A stretch of 54,885 nucleotides of DNA, from NCBI GenBank assembly GCA_046759165.1, contig JBHIBS010000005.1:1-54885 (forward strand), written 5' to 3'. Shown here piece after piece: positions 1 to 10,165 of the stretch (position 1 is the stretch's first letter; every line of letters begins with the position of its first letter). Made by a program: the position numbers and the translations under genes. This DNA is from a bacterium. GTDB lineage: Bacteria > UBA6262 > WVXT01. Below the pieces are notes generated by a model. That model did not search any database. It was not told where the DNA came from and saw only the letters and a list, made by a program, of their open reading frames with translations.

Positions 1-21
1 GTGAAGCAATCTGACACGCAG

Positions 22-110
22 TGTCATTCCGACCCTGAGTGAAACGAAGGGGAAGGAATCCCATTTTATTGTAGTGATTGCCACGCCCCTTTCAGTCGCT
101 CGCAATGACA
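22..110. repeat. GTCATT-type REP-like palindrome; empty copy of the IS target
   Basis: Ends are TGTCATTCCGA...TCGCAATGACA. The reverse complement of 76-110 (TGTCATTGCGAGCGACTGAAAGGGGCGTGGCAATC) differs at one base from the site interrupted by the IS at 16101/17391. Confidence 0.8.
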
Positions 111-215
111 GGCGGTGATCAAAGACAAGAATTCCCTTTGAGGATACTTCCAGAGGGGATTTCACTCCTCTGGCGTTAACCAAATGTCCACCGAACATTT
201 GGCTCTCTGTCCCTT

Positions 216-330
216 GGGGCGCTCACCGTCTCACGCCCGTCGCTAACACGGAGCTCCTTATTCGTCGCTCCCCCGGGGCGCTCACCGTCTCGCGCCCGTC
301 GCTAACACCGAGCTCCTTATTCGTCGCTCC
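216..330. repeat. Two-copy tandem repeat, 59-bp period
   Basis: GGGGCGCTCACCGTCTCRCGCCCGTCGCTAACACSGAGCTCCTTATTCGTCGCTCC starts at 216 and at 275; a related copy lies at 24496-24570. Confidence 0.85.
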
Positions 331-502
331 AGCGACCCCTTGGAGAAAATCAGATTATGGGCAAAGACAAACTCCCTAATCCGCATCCCGATTGTTATCA
401 GGATGCTTACAAAAAATTGTCAGCGAGCGAACCAAAGCCCGAGCATATCTTCCTCAGCGATGAACAAAGTATCTTTTAAATTCGCATTTGCTTTCGTTCT
501 AA

Positions 503-3500
503 TTACTCTGTGAGGCGCCTGTAGTAAGCCTTAATCAGTTCTTCATAAATCTCTGGGTACTTCTCTTTGAGAGCTTCCAGAAGCTCCTCACGGAACTCCT
601 TAGGTGGTTGGTACTCATGAGCTTCTGGAATTTTTACATAGCCTTCCCTTAATCCCATCCTTCCCCCAGGGAGTGATCCTCCCCTTGGCTGAAGGAAGCC
701 CATAAGGGGCTTCCCTGCTCCCTTTGCCAGTTTCGCCAATTTTCTAGAGGCAGAAGCAAGGCCGTCCTTCCCCTGACCGAGATAGTAGAGAGCCTCTCTC
801 TCCTTTTCTAAGGCAGGCTCGGTCCTCTTCTTCTCCAATTCTTGAGATGCCCGATCCATTGCCGAAGAACCTTTTTCCATATCGGAGATAATTTTTGGCC
901 CAATGGCAGAAGTCTTGCCGGACAGTTTCTCTAACTTTCGCCTCAGTTTTCGAGTCCGGGTCTCGATCTCCCTCTGTTTTTCAGTCAGACTCTCCAACTC
1001 GGAGAGGCCCTCTTCTTTAAAGACCTTCACTTCCTCTTCTTCAAATTCTAAGGATTTCGCAATCTCCTCTTCTTTCTCTCGCAGATCTACAATCTTCTCT
1101 GCGATTTCAGAAATATCCTTCTCCTTCCTTTCCCAATTCTCCTTCAAAGACAGGAAACCATTCTCCTGTGGACTCAATTCTTCGCCCTCTTCTTTTTCCT
1201 GAGATAATTTAGACAGTTCATCTGAAATTTTCTCTTTCTCCTTCTCAATCTTGAGGGTGAATTTATCCAGCACTCCCAACATTCTATTTAACCGTTCAAT
1301 AGACTCTTTCAATAACTCCCCTGCCCGGCGAGGAGTCTCTACAGATAGATCGCTCAGGACTTTCTTCATCCTGCTCAAGACCACGAACAGGTTCTGGTAG
1401 ATGACCGGGTACACCTCCACATAATTCAACTTCCCTTTTAGATTTTCCAGTAATTTTTTCGTCTCTTCTATTACCTCATTTTGTAACTTAGCTAACTCCT
1501 TTAAAAGGGACTCTTGCTTCTTAAATAAGGCTTCCAGCCGCTTTTTATCGAGCTGGTTGGTTCGGTTAACCAATTCCTTTTCCTGTTCAATCAATTTCTC
1601 CAATTCCTGGGAGTAGACACTTGCCTCTTGCGACAGTCCAGAGGAGTTCCCAAAAGACGCGACTTGACTGGCAGCAGCTTGCAGGGTGGCCATCGTTGAG
1701 GAAAGCGTTTTAAGTAAGTTCTTAGCTATCCTCAGTGCGGCTGTCAAATCTCCTTTAAGGATTTTATCGGTCATCTTTTCTATGTGATCGGTCATCTCTC
1801 CCAAGTCGAGACTCTTGATTGCGTCTTGATTGATAAATTCTTCTGGCAAAGTTTCCGGTAGCTGGGAGAGGCTGTTTACCAGCTTCGCCATAAGTTTTGA
1901 GATTTTCCCCAAGCTCTTTCTAAGTTCATCCAATTTATTTTTATCTATTTCCTTCCCCATCTCTTTCAACTTTTGAGTGAGGTCTGTTTGACTCTCTAAC
2001 AAATCTTGGGCTGTCTGCAGCACATCGCGCATTCTCTCATCCTGGAGAAGATCCTGAGCTAAAAGTGACATCTTTTCCAGTTCAGAAATGATCTCTTGTT
2101 GATTATTCTTGACCTTTTCGATATATTCTTCCCTATCGGCGCTACGTGCTTTCACTCCTTCGGACATTGCAGATAAAACTTCTGCCATTTTTTCATCTTT
2201 CAGGTACTGGAGGTTTTCTTCCATGTTCTTATATTCTGAATATACTTGAAAATTGCCGAGAGGATCGGCCTCCATGCGAGGAACGAGTTCTTTTAAATAA
2301 TTGAGTAAGTCTTCGGTTGACTTTTTAATTCTTCCTTGGTCGGCCTGGATACTTTTTAACCCCTCCAGCCCCTGTGTTTCGTTCCAATTTTCTACTCTAC
2401 TTTTTGCTACAATCTGGTATCCCAGAATGTGCAATATCTCTTCTCTGAAATGGTGCTCCATTTGTCCAATTTCCTCGTGCTCCTTAAGATAGCTGAATAC
2501 TTCCAAGTAGTAGTTTTTTGAAACGCTACTTTTGGGACCAGATATAGTATCGTTGTCCCAAGCTTGTAAATAATAACTAATTAGCTCACCAGGATGCAAG
2601 TCGAGTTCTCCCACATTCCACTGGTAGTTGAGGAGTTTCTGCCTCACCGAGGGGTCGAATCGCTCAATCCTTATTCTCTCGGGCTTCATCGAATCAGAAG
2701 TTTCAGCTCTTAACTTCTGGTATATGAGGTCTATCTGGCTTAGTCCGAAGTCATCGCTCACCTCATAAGCAAGCTCAACTTTGGTTTTCTCTGAGACCGT
2801 GAGATCGCAACCAGGAGCAATAACCCTTATCCGAGGGGGACTGTCGAGAAGCGTCTTTATGTAGTGCTTAATTGGACTGGGATTTGTATAACCCTGAGTA
2901 TCTTCCACTTCAACCCAGTATGCTCTCTCTCCAGTGAGAACTAAACTTCCTTTCAAGTAGAAATCTCTCTCAATTTTTAGGGATAGTCTCTTTCCATCGT
3001 TGGTTAGAAGGTATCCTTTCCTTAGGGGCTTGTTAGCTTTCAAAGACAGTTGAACTTCAGTGCCCAGTAATGCCTCAAGGTCCCCAATGTTCTCTTCTAC
3101 CTTCAACTCAGGCAATCCTGTATAGGAAGGATAGATGTACTTCACAGAAATGTCTCCTGCTTCTGGAAGAATGACTACACTGATAGAGTAAGCTCGAGTA
3201 CGCAAATCTTTCCACTTGATAGAATAATGGACTGGTTGAGTAATCTTCGAGAATTTATAGGAGAACTTCCGATATTCTGCTTCTGAGTATGGTTCTCTAA
3301 GCATTTTGGCTCTTTGCCAGTTACCTCCAGAAACCCTATAGATTAAATGGGGAGTCCCCCCTTTCTGAAAAATCTCTACTCCAATCTTCTGACTTTCGCC
3401 GTAGAGCACTTCTGTGCTCCCCGGAGTAACCTTAATTAAGCGATTCACCTGTTCATAATCTAAGGGTTTAAAAAGGCGAGGCAGTGAAAATGGAAGAATA

Positions 3501-4021
3501 CGCGGTGGTGAGAAGAGAAAGAAAGAGAAAATGAGACAAACCGAAAGACTTATAAACAGAAACTTCTTCAGACGAGTTATATCCTCTACCTCAAAAGTTC
3601 TAACGATTCTTACTTTTTCGGAAGTCTTTCTGATAAGTTCACCAATCAGTGCCTTTGATACGTAGACTTCATCTGTCGAGCTTGCGATTGGAAAGAGCTG
3701 TATAGAATTTATCAAGTCGTCTGTCAATATGGGGTACCTTTTCTGAATTCTTAGGGCAATCTTATTGTTGGTTAAAGGAGAAATTAAAGGAATAACAATA
3801 AATTTTACTGAGAGGATGGTAATCGAAACAATAAGAGCTATAAGAAAGTAGAGGCGAATCTTCGAACTAAACGAAATTGAATAGTCTAAAATACTAAAAA
3901 CTACTACCAATCCCAGAAGAACTGAAAAGGACAAAAGAATCCCCTCAATTAAACCCTTGACTCTTACCCACCTTCTGACTTTACCAACTATTCTAATCAA
4001 TTGGGAATAGGCATCGACCAT
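503..4021 (-). CDS. DUF4175-like membrane protein with long coiled-coil C-terminus
   Basis: N-terminal TM helices, Ig-like middle region with DDFGL and YYLQAWDND motifs, long coiled coil; last gene of the MoxR cluster. Confidence 0.7.
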   Translation of the reverse strand: MVDAYSQLIRIVGKVRRWVRVKGLIEGILLSFSVLLGLVVVFSILDYSISFSSKIRLYFLIALIVSITILSVKFIVIPLISPLTNNKIALRIQKRYPILTDDLINSIQLFPIASSTDEVYVSKALIGELIRKTSEKVRIVRTFEVEDITRLKKFLFISLSVCLIFSFFLFSPPRILPFSLPRLFKPLDYEQVNRLIKVTPGSTEVLYGESQKIGVEIFQKGGTPHLIYRVSGGNWQRAKMLREPYSEAEYRKFSYKFSKITQPVHYSIKWKDLRTRAYSISVVILPEAGDISVKYIYPSYTGLPELKVEENIGDLEALLGTEVQLSLKANKPLRKGYLLTNDGKRLSLKIERDFYLKGSLVLTGERAYWVEVEDTQGYTNPSPIKHYIKTLLDSPPRIRVIAPGCDLTVSEKTKVELAYEVSDDFGLSQIDLIYQKLRAETSDSMKPERIRIERFDPSVRQKLLNYQWNVGELDLHPGELISYYLQAWDNDTISGPKSSVSKNYYLEVFSYLKEHEEIGQMEHHFREEILHILGYQIVAKSRVENWNETQGLEGLKSIQADQGRIKKSTEDLLNYLKELVPRMEADPLGNFQVYSEYKNMEENLQYLKDEKMAEVLSAMSEGVKARSADREEYIEKVKNNQQEIISELEKMSLLAQDLLQDERMRDVLQTAQDLLESQTDLTQKLKEMGKEIDKNKLDELRKSLGKISKLMAKLVNSLSQLPETLPEEFINQDAIKSLDLGEMTDHIEKMTDKILKGDLTAALRIAKNLLKTLSSTMATLQAAASQVASFGNSSGLSQEASVYSQELEKLIEQEKELVNRTNQLDKKRLEALFKKQESLLKELAKLQNEVIEETKKLLENLKGKLNYVEVYPVIYQNLFVVLSRMKKVLSDLSVETPRRAGELLKESIERLNRMLGVLDKFTLKIEKEKEKISDELSKLSQEKEEGEELSPQENGFLSLKENWERKEKDISEIAEKIVDLREKEEEIAKSLEFEEEEVKVFKEEGLSELESLTEKQREIETRTRKLRRKLEKLSGKTSAIGPKIISDMEKGSSAMDRASQELEKKRTEPALEKEREALYYLGQGKDGLASASRKLAKLAKGAGKPLMGFLQPRGGSLPGGRMGLREGYVKIPEAHEYQPPKEFREELLEALKEKYPEIYEELIKAYYRRLTE

Positions 4022-4030
4022 TTTCCCCTC

Positions 4031-6247
4031 TTACATCATCCCACTTCTCCTGCGAATATACCATTCGATACCTAACAATATGGAAAGGAGAAGAAAGATA
4101 GAAGGATGGTTCCAGACCGCCACTACTCTCTTCACTACAGGAGTAATCCCCTTTACCTCAGGCAAAATGATGTTCTCCGATTCAATACTATTAATATGGA
4201 AATATCTTCCACCAGTTAAATCTGAAAGCTCTCTCAAAAGTGGTTCGTTCAGTTGAGCATTTTCCAACTCGAGAGATGGAATGGCTACCTTACAAGAAGC
4301 AGTGTCCCTGGCGAGAACCTTCGAACCTTGCCAAGCTGTGGCACTAAATGTATACTTTCCTTCTCGCTCCGCTAAATAATTCGTTCCATATTCCCCAGGT
4401 CTATCTTTTGGTGCAGCGGTTCCCAAATCAATCCTCTTTCCTGATAGGTCTACCAATTCTATATAGACCCTGGCATTTTCACTCGGCCTGTAATATCTGT
4501 TAAGGACTCTAGTAGTCAAATGAATTGTTTCTCCCTTTGCATAGATTTTCTTATCTGTACTTAGATGGACCAGTTTAAGTTGGGGGGATTTCACCAACCA
4601 GTGGACAGTCTGATGCCAGAACCGCTCATAATATGAAGCTATACCCCCTCGGCCTCGAACCTGAAAACACCAGCGCCACGTACTATTAGAAGCCATACTC
4701 ATTACTCTCCCTTTCCCTTTCTCCCAAACAGCAAGTATCACTAGATTTCCGTACCTATTCTTAATTAAAGGATGGACTCCTAAAACAATGGCTTCAGGCT
4801 TCGGCCTTAACAGACGATTGCAGCCGTCCAACTCAGGCATCCCTGCCCATATCCGGCTATTCTCTCCCCGGTTATCGGATAATCTCAGAATTGGATGCGT
4901 GGGCTCTGTTGTTAACATTTTAAACTTACTATCTATAATGTCTTCCCTCACATCTTCCATTTCCACGGGCAGTATCTCCCCGACTGGGGTCCCTTTATAT
5001 CTTCCCCCGGCAAAGGAGTTATCTCCGCCTATCATGAGAAAGCCTCCCCCTGTTTCGGTAACGAATTTTCGAATGTTCTCCAGATACTTTTTTCCAAACC
5101 CGAACCGAGTATAGGTAAAATTTTCAAATATGAGTAAATCGAAGTTGAATATCTCTTTACCAAATATTTCTGTGACAGGAAAGGGAATCAATGAGAGCTG
5201 ATTTTCAGGCACTATCGAGATATTTTCAGGATTGCGCAGTATTATAAAAGAGACCAATTCTATGCTTGGGTCACTCTTCAAAACGGTCCTCAAAAATTTA
5301 TATTCCCAGCTTGGCTGTCCACAGATGTAGAGAATTCTAATTTTATCTCGAAGAACCTGCAGGGTGAAATCTTTTATATTATTGGCAAAGGAAATCTCGC
5401 CACTATATGATGGAATGGAAACTGTATAGTTGAAAGAGCCTATCGAGCGGGGAGTGAAGCTCAAACTCAAAGAGGTCTCTTTTCCGTCTTCTGGCATCCG
5501 AACTTTTTTTGTCTGGAGTATTTCCGACTCTTCCTTTAGGATAACCGATATCTCCTTATCTTCAAATCCATAACTTCTTATCTTGACACCTATATCTGTT
5601 GGAGTGTTCTTGAAAACAAAATCGCTAACTTGAACCTCAGTAATTTGAAGGTCCTTGAATTTTTTGGGATTTCCCACGCCGATGGAAAAGATAGGGGCAG
5701 CGATCCTTTCAGTTGCCAGACGAGGATCTCCTCCTACATTATGAGCCCCGTCAGTAACGAGGAGAATTCCGGCCAGTCTCTGACCACGAAGTTCTTCTTC
5801 TAAGCCATCTAAAGCCTGCCCAATATCAGTGCTTTCTTCTTGAGGAATCAATTGAAGGATCTCCTCTACTATAGCTCGCTTGAAACTGCCAGCGAAAGTA
5901 AAAAAGAGGAGATTATATTTCTCTTCTAAACCCTTGACCCAAGGACCTTTCAGTAATTCTTTGACCAGAGAGAACCTGGATATGGGATCTTTCACTCCCA
6001 TACTGCTTGAGGCATCTATCAAAAAAGCGAGGCTCGGTTCCTCAGCTGGCTCCTCTTCTATAGTTCTCACTGGCTCGAGCAGCAGGAATATGAGAAGGAG
6101 ATAGATTATTAACCTTAAAATAAAGAATAGACCCTTCCTTCTCTCTAACCATTTGAAATTCCAGTATAAGACTACTACCGAGACAAGCACGGTAGCTATT
6201 ATCAGCCATAGCCTATTAAAGTCTAACGAAAAATGGAGAGAACCCAC
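4031..6247 (-). CDS. VWA domain plus class I glutamine-amidotransferase-like membrane protein
   Basis: DASSSM MIDAS motif, TDG motif, GGGFLMIGG GATase-like segment, C-terminal EWYIRRR TM tail. Confidence 0.75.
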   Translation of the reverse strand: MGSLHFSLDFNRLWLIIATVLVSVVVLYWNFKWLERRKGLFFILRLIIYLLLIFLLLEPVRTIEEEPAEEPSLAFLIDASSSMGVKDPISRFSLVKELLKGPWVKGLEEKYNLLFFTFAGSFKRAIVEEILQLIPQEESTDIGQALDGLEEELRGQRLAGILLVTDGAHNVGGDPRLATERIAAPIFSIGVGNPKKFKDLQITEVQVSDFVFKNTPTDIGVKIRSYGFEDKEISVILKEESEILQTKKVRMPEDGKETSLSLSFTPRSIGSFNYTVSIPSYSGEISFANNIKDFTLQVLRDKIRILYICGQPSWEYKFLRTVLKSDPSIELVSFIILRNPENISIVPENQLSLIPFPVTEIFGKEIFNFDLLIFENFTYTRFGFGKKYLENIRKFVTETGGGFLMIGGDNSFAGGRYKGTPVGEILPVEMEDVREDIIDSKFKMLTTEPTHPILRLSDNRGENSRIWAGMPELDGCNRLLRPKPEAIVLGVHPLIKNRYGNLVILAVWEKGKGRVMSMASNSTWRWCFQVRGRGGIASYYERFWHQTVHWLVKSPQLKLVHLSTDKKIYAKGETIHLTTRVLNRYYRPSENARVYIELVDLSGKRIDLGTAAPKDRPGEYGTNYLAEREGKYTFSATAWQGSKVLARDTASCKVAIPSLELENAQLNEPLLRELSDLTGGRYFHINSIESENIILPEVKGITPVVKRVVAVWNHPSIFLLLSILLGIEWYIRRRSGMM

Positions 6248-6280
6248 AGCTAGCTTTTTCCTTCCCTGCTCAGGCGCCGT

Positions 6281-7051
6281 TTACGGTGCCGTCTTTCGAG
6301 CTTTGAGTTTCTTTTGAATATAGGGTTGATGAATAGCGTCCCTCTTATATGTGCCAGTCAAAGAATAGATAATTATATTTAAAAAGAGTTTCATTGCTTC
6401 CAATCTCTGTAGCTCTCCGCCCGGAACACATTCGTAAAGCCAGTTCCCCAGCCTATCTCTAACCCAGGCTCCTCCCAGGTCATTCTGGGAGTAGATTACC
6501 ACTGTCTGCCCGTCGATATCGATGCCTTCCAGATAAGGATTGCCTGCCCTTCGGCCAGCAACACTGGGCGATAGGTAGAAGGAACGAAAAACGGCATGGT
6601 CCGGTGGTAGCCTTTTTAGCTTCGAATCAGGGAAAAGTTTTCCCATCTCCCTGTGGACTGCCCTGTCGAAGTCGAGATTTTTCCTCCCTGACGCATCGTC
6701 AATTAAAAGTAATCCCCCACCTAATAGATAACGCTTGGTGTTCTCTATCTCTTGCGAAGTGAAGGGAGCAAATTCTTCCCGGCCGGTCATATAGAGAAAA
6801 GGAGAAGAGAATAGTTCTGGGTCATTCAATGATAACTCTCTTCTTGTTCTTTGAGCTTTCACACTGGTAGTTGTTACCAGGTAATGGAGGATCTCCTTAT
6901 ATGCTGTGGGATATGGATCCCAGTCTCCTCCTTTATATCGCAATTGGCTGAATACAAACCTGTCCCTTTGCCCGGCTCGAAGAGGATTGGCAATCAAATT
7001 ACAAGTAATTATACAAATAGCGAGTAAACAACCAAACTTCCGATGTCCCAT
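6281..7051 (-). CDS. DUF4159 domain protein
   Basis: Signal peptide; PFLYMTG, YLLGGGLLLIDD, HAVFRSFY and NDLGGAW motifs; MoxR cluster context. Confidence 0.8.
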   Translation of the reverse strand: MGHRKFGCLLAICIITCNLIANPLRAGQRDRFVFSQLRYKGGDWDPYPTAYKEILHYLVTTTSVKAQRTRRELSLNDPELFSSPFLYMTGREEFAPFTSQEIENTKRYLLGGGLLLIDDASGRKNLDFDRAVHREMGKLFPDSKLKRLPPDHAVFRSFYLSPSVAGRRAGNPYLEGIDIDGQTVVIYSQNDLGGAWVRDRLGNWLYECVPGGELQRLEAMKLFLNIIIYSLTGTYKRDAIHQPYIQKKLKARKTAP

Positions 7052-7057
7052 CCCAAA

Positions 7058-9238
7058 CTACCTCTTTCCACGCGGATTTGCCAGAAAAACCTCTAAAAAT
7101 AGGAGTCCGGCTAAAAGAAAGGTTAAATCTTTGGATACTTCCTTTCCGTAGAGGAGTTGCAAAATCTCCTTTTCTAAATTACTTAAGTCATCAATTACCT
7201 TAATAGGTGCACTGGGAAAGGTTCTCCTTATCTCTTTAGTTTCCATTTTAGTCGGATCAGACTCATTGCTTTCTATATTGATATTAACAGGTAGATATTT
7301 ACTATTCCATTTTCCATCCGCTATATATGAGAGCTGGTAGATGCCTGGGGTTTCCACAGGGCCAAATTCTATACCAGAGAAATCTCTTTTCTGGACTGGA
7401 ACCACTGAAAACTTCTTTCCCTGAGGATCGGTTATTTCTACAGATTGAGGTAATTCTCCTGGGCTCAATTCATATCTTACCTCCTGGCCAACAAGAGAAG
7501 TTCCGGAAGGTTCTTCCTTTAAAGTAGAGAGTGCCAGATAGCGAACCATCTGTTGGATTAGAGGTAAGAAGACTGGCTTGGTCGGCAAGTTATTCCAGTC
7601 CCGATCTAAGGTAGAGGTGAATAGTAACACTTTCCCTGCCCTTGGATATGGCAGTCCACCCTCGATAAGTAGAGGGAGACCACCCTCAAGCCCGAGAACC
7701 ACCTTTGCAGAAGTTTTAACCTGAGTGGCGAAGTACCGGTAGAAGCTTGCTCGGGTTAGATCTCCCTCTTTCCCTCCGGCGAAAACTTCCACGATTGGGT
7801 GAGTAAAGTCTTGAAAATCAATGGATTCAAATTCTCCCTTTCCTTTAGATTTCCCTTTAACTTCAACCAACCTAGCTGGCAGCAGGTCTCCAAAAGCGAG
7901 ATCATATTCTTTAGCATTAACGCTATCACCCGCTGAAAAGACGACCCCCCCTCCTTCCCTGACAAAACTTGTAAGTCTCTCCCTTAAGGAGCTGGTAACA
8001 TTTCCCACATTAGCCAAGAAGATTACAGAAAAATCATCTAATTTCTCTTCACGGAATTCATCTGGCGTTACCACCCTCACAGCTAAGGGTGAGTGTGCAA
8101 TCGAAACTCCGGAACTGGTAGGTGAAAGGCTGACTCTTAGATAGAACGTTTCACTCGAGAAAGACGAAATTCCGGGATCACCATCAATCAACAGCACCTT
8201 AATCCTTTTTAATGCCTGTATCTTAAAGTAGAATCTATCGTCAGAGCGTAAACTGTCTTGCTGAATCTCCACCTTTCCCAGATAAGTTCCATGTTGAGGG
8301 AAATTGTAGAAGAAATCTTTAGTGGCCTCTCTTTCCCTTTTTAAATCTATAAAGCCTTGACCTATTTTCTCTCGAGTTTCTTTATCAATTTGAAACTTGC
8401 CTTGCGACTCCAGGAAAACTGAAACAAATAGATGTGAAATATCTTCTTTAGAATAATTTCTTATTTTAGCTGAGATTTGGGAAGTGTCTCCCACAGTCAG
8501 TCGGCGACAATCAACTTTTGATAGAGCGACATTGGGAAGCAACTCCCTATTTAAATCAATAATAATAAACTTCACCTCAGGATCGAATTCTCTTAAGGTC
8601 TTTTCGTTAAATCCCTGCCATCCATTGATTCCCAAGTCTGTGATCAGGATAATCTCTCTATTTGGTGACCGGCACTCCTTGAGAATCTTGTAACCCTGAG
8701 AGATGCCAGAGAGGAGATTCGTAGGCCGAAAACTTAAGGAAGCCCCCTCCAACTTCTCCAAGAGCATCTGCCTGTCGTCAGTGAGATAAGAGACTATAGG
8801 CTTCACCTCATCAGAAATCAAAAACAGTGCCGCGCGGTCACTTCTTTTCACCATTTTCAGAATACGTCTGGCCGCTTTCTTGGCCAGGGCGAAACGGGAT
8901 TCTCCTTCTTCCACATATCCCATAGAATAAGAGTTGTCAATGAGGATTACGGTGCTCCGTGAGACGCCTTCTACCTGTGCGAAGAGAGGCGTTTTCCTTA
9001 CCACAGGCCTGGCGAAAAGAAGAGTTAAAATGAGAAGAATAAGAGACCTTAGTATAAGTAAGATTAACTGCTTTAATTTAAAGCGCCTGACCACTGTGCT
9101 GGAGGCCAACTGAGTAAACCTGACAGTAGAAAATTTGGAGGTTATCGGTCTTCTCCTGGAGAGGAGGTGAATGAGTATGGGAATCGAAACTACTGGTAAA
9201 CCCCACAGGAACGACGGATTCAAAAATGTTATGTTCAT
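7058..9238 (-). CDS. BatA N-terminal plus VWA domain protein
   Basis: FLNP..LWGL....IPILIHLL BatA motif, LFARP, DNSYSM MIDAS motif. Confidence 0.85.
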   Translation of the reverse strand: MNITFLNPSFLWGLPVVSIPILIHLLSRRRPITSKFSTVRFTQLASSTVVRRFKLKQLILLILRSLILLILTLLFARPVVRKTPLFAQVEGVSRSTVILIDNSYSMGYVEEGESRFALAKKAARRILKMVKRSDRAALFLISDEVKPIVSYLTDDRQMLLEKLEGASLSFRPTNLLSGISQGYKILKECRSPNREIILITDLGINGWQGFNEKTLREFDPEVKFIIIDLNRELLPNVALSKVDCRRLTVGDTSQISAKIRNYSKEDISHLFVSVFLESQGKFQIDKETREKIGQGFIDLKREREATKDFFYNFPQHGTYLGKVEIQQDSLRSDDRFYFKIQALKRIKVLLIDGDPGISSFSSETFYLRVSLSPTSSGVSIAHSPLAVRVVTPDEFREEKLDDFSVIFLANVGNVTSSLRERLTSFVREGGGVVFSAGDSVNAKEYDLAFGDLLPARLVEVKGKSKGKGEFESIDFQDFTHPIVEVFAGGKEGDLTRASFYRYFATQVKTSAKVVLGLEGGLPLLIEGGLPYPRAGKVLLFTSTLDRDWNNLPTKPVFLPLIQQMVRYLALSTLKEEPSGTSLVGQEVRYELSPGELPQSVEITDPQGKKFSVVPVQKRDFSGIEFGPVETPGIYQLSYIADGKWNSKYLPVNINIESNESDPTKMETKEIRRTFPSAPIKVIDDLSNLEKEILQLLYGKEVSKDLTFLLAGLLFLEVFLANPRGKR

Positions 9239-9241
9239 GTT

Positions 9242-10138
9242 TCACCTTAAGATTTTCCTCCTCGCAAGGTATGCTCCTAATGCGAAATCGAGAGGAGTTT
9301 TTGTGTCGATAAAACAATAGTCTATATCGCTGCTTAGGCAACTTAACTTGTAAGTCTCAACGAATTCTTTTACTATACTTTTATACTTTTCGCGGATGAT
9401 CTCTGGATGAGTTAGAACTCTCTTTCCAGTCTCCATATCTTCCAGCCAGACAACGTTTCTAAACCGAAGTTCCAGCTCGGCGCGGTCAAGAAGGTGAAAG
9501 ACGATTACCTCGTGCTTCTTAAATCGGAAGTACTTCAGCGCCTTCAGAACCTCTTCTTGTTCGTCGAGGAGGTCCGAAATCAGAATAATCAATCCCCGTC
9601 GTTTCGTATGTTGGCCCAGCTCCTGAAGAGACCGGCTTATTTCTGTTTTGGAGGATGGAACCAAGTTCTCGAGTTCCTCTAAGATTAGCGAAAGGTGTCC
9701 CTTGCTCTGGCGGGGAGGAATATATTTTTTAATCCTCTCATCGAAAGTGGCCAGTCCCGCCGAGTCCTGCTGTTTGAGCATCAAGAAGGCTAAGGAGGCT
9801 GCTAAATAGGAGCCATACTGGAGCTTAGACATTCCCTCGCTCCTATATCCCATAGAGGCGCTTCTGTCAAGGAGAATATATCCTTTCAGATTTGTCTCTT
9901 CTTGATACTGTTTGACGAAATATTTGTCTTTCCGCCCATAAACTTTCCAATCTACATGTCTGGTTTCATCCCCTGGTGAGTATTCCCTGTGCTGGGCGAA
10001 CTCGAGACTAAAACCCCTATATGGGCTCTGGTGTAGCCCTGCAATAAATCCCTCGACCACAAATCTTGCCCTGAGAAGCATACTCGAAAGTTTAGCCACA
10101 ACTAGAGGGTCGATGTAACCTCTTTTTGGCTCTTCCAC
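9242..10138 (-). CDS. DUF58 domain protein
   Basis: GLHQSPYRGFSLEFAQHREYSPGD, DWKVY, LDRSASM and ISDL motifs. Confidence 0.92.
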   Translation of the reverse strand: MEEPKRGYIDPLVVAKLSSMLLRARFVVEGFIAGLHQSPYRGFSLEFAQHREYSPGDETRHVDWKVYGRKDKYFVKQYQEETNLKGYILLDRSASMGYRSEGMSKLQYGSYLAASLAFLMLKQQDSAGLATFDERIKKYIPPRQSKGHLSLILEELENLVPSSKTEISRSLQELGQHTKRRGLIILISDLLDEQEEVLKALKYFRFKKHEVIVFHLLDRAELELRFRNVVWLEDMETGKRVLTHPEIIREKYKSIVKEFVETYKLSCLSSDIDYCFIDTKTPLDFALGAYLARRKILR

Positions 10139-10165
10139 TTTTAACTCCTATCTTGGCTGACAAAA

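Noticed and set aside
216-330. Possible CRISPR array
   Set aside because: Only two adjacent near-identical units, no unique spacers and no cas genes in the window.
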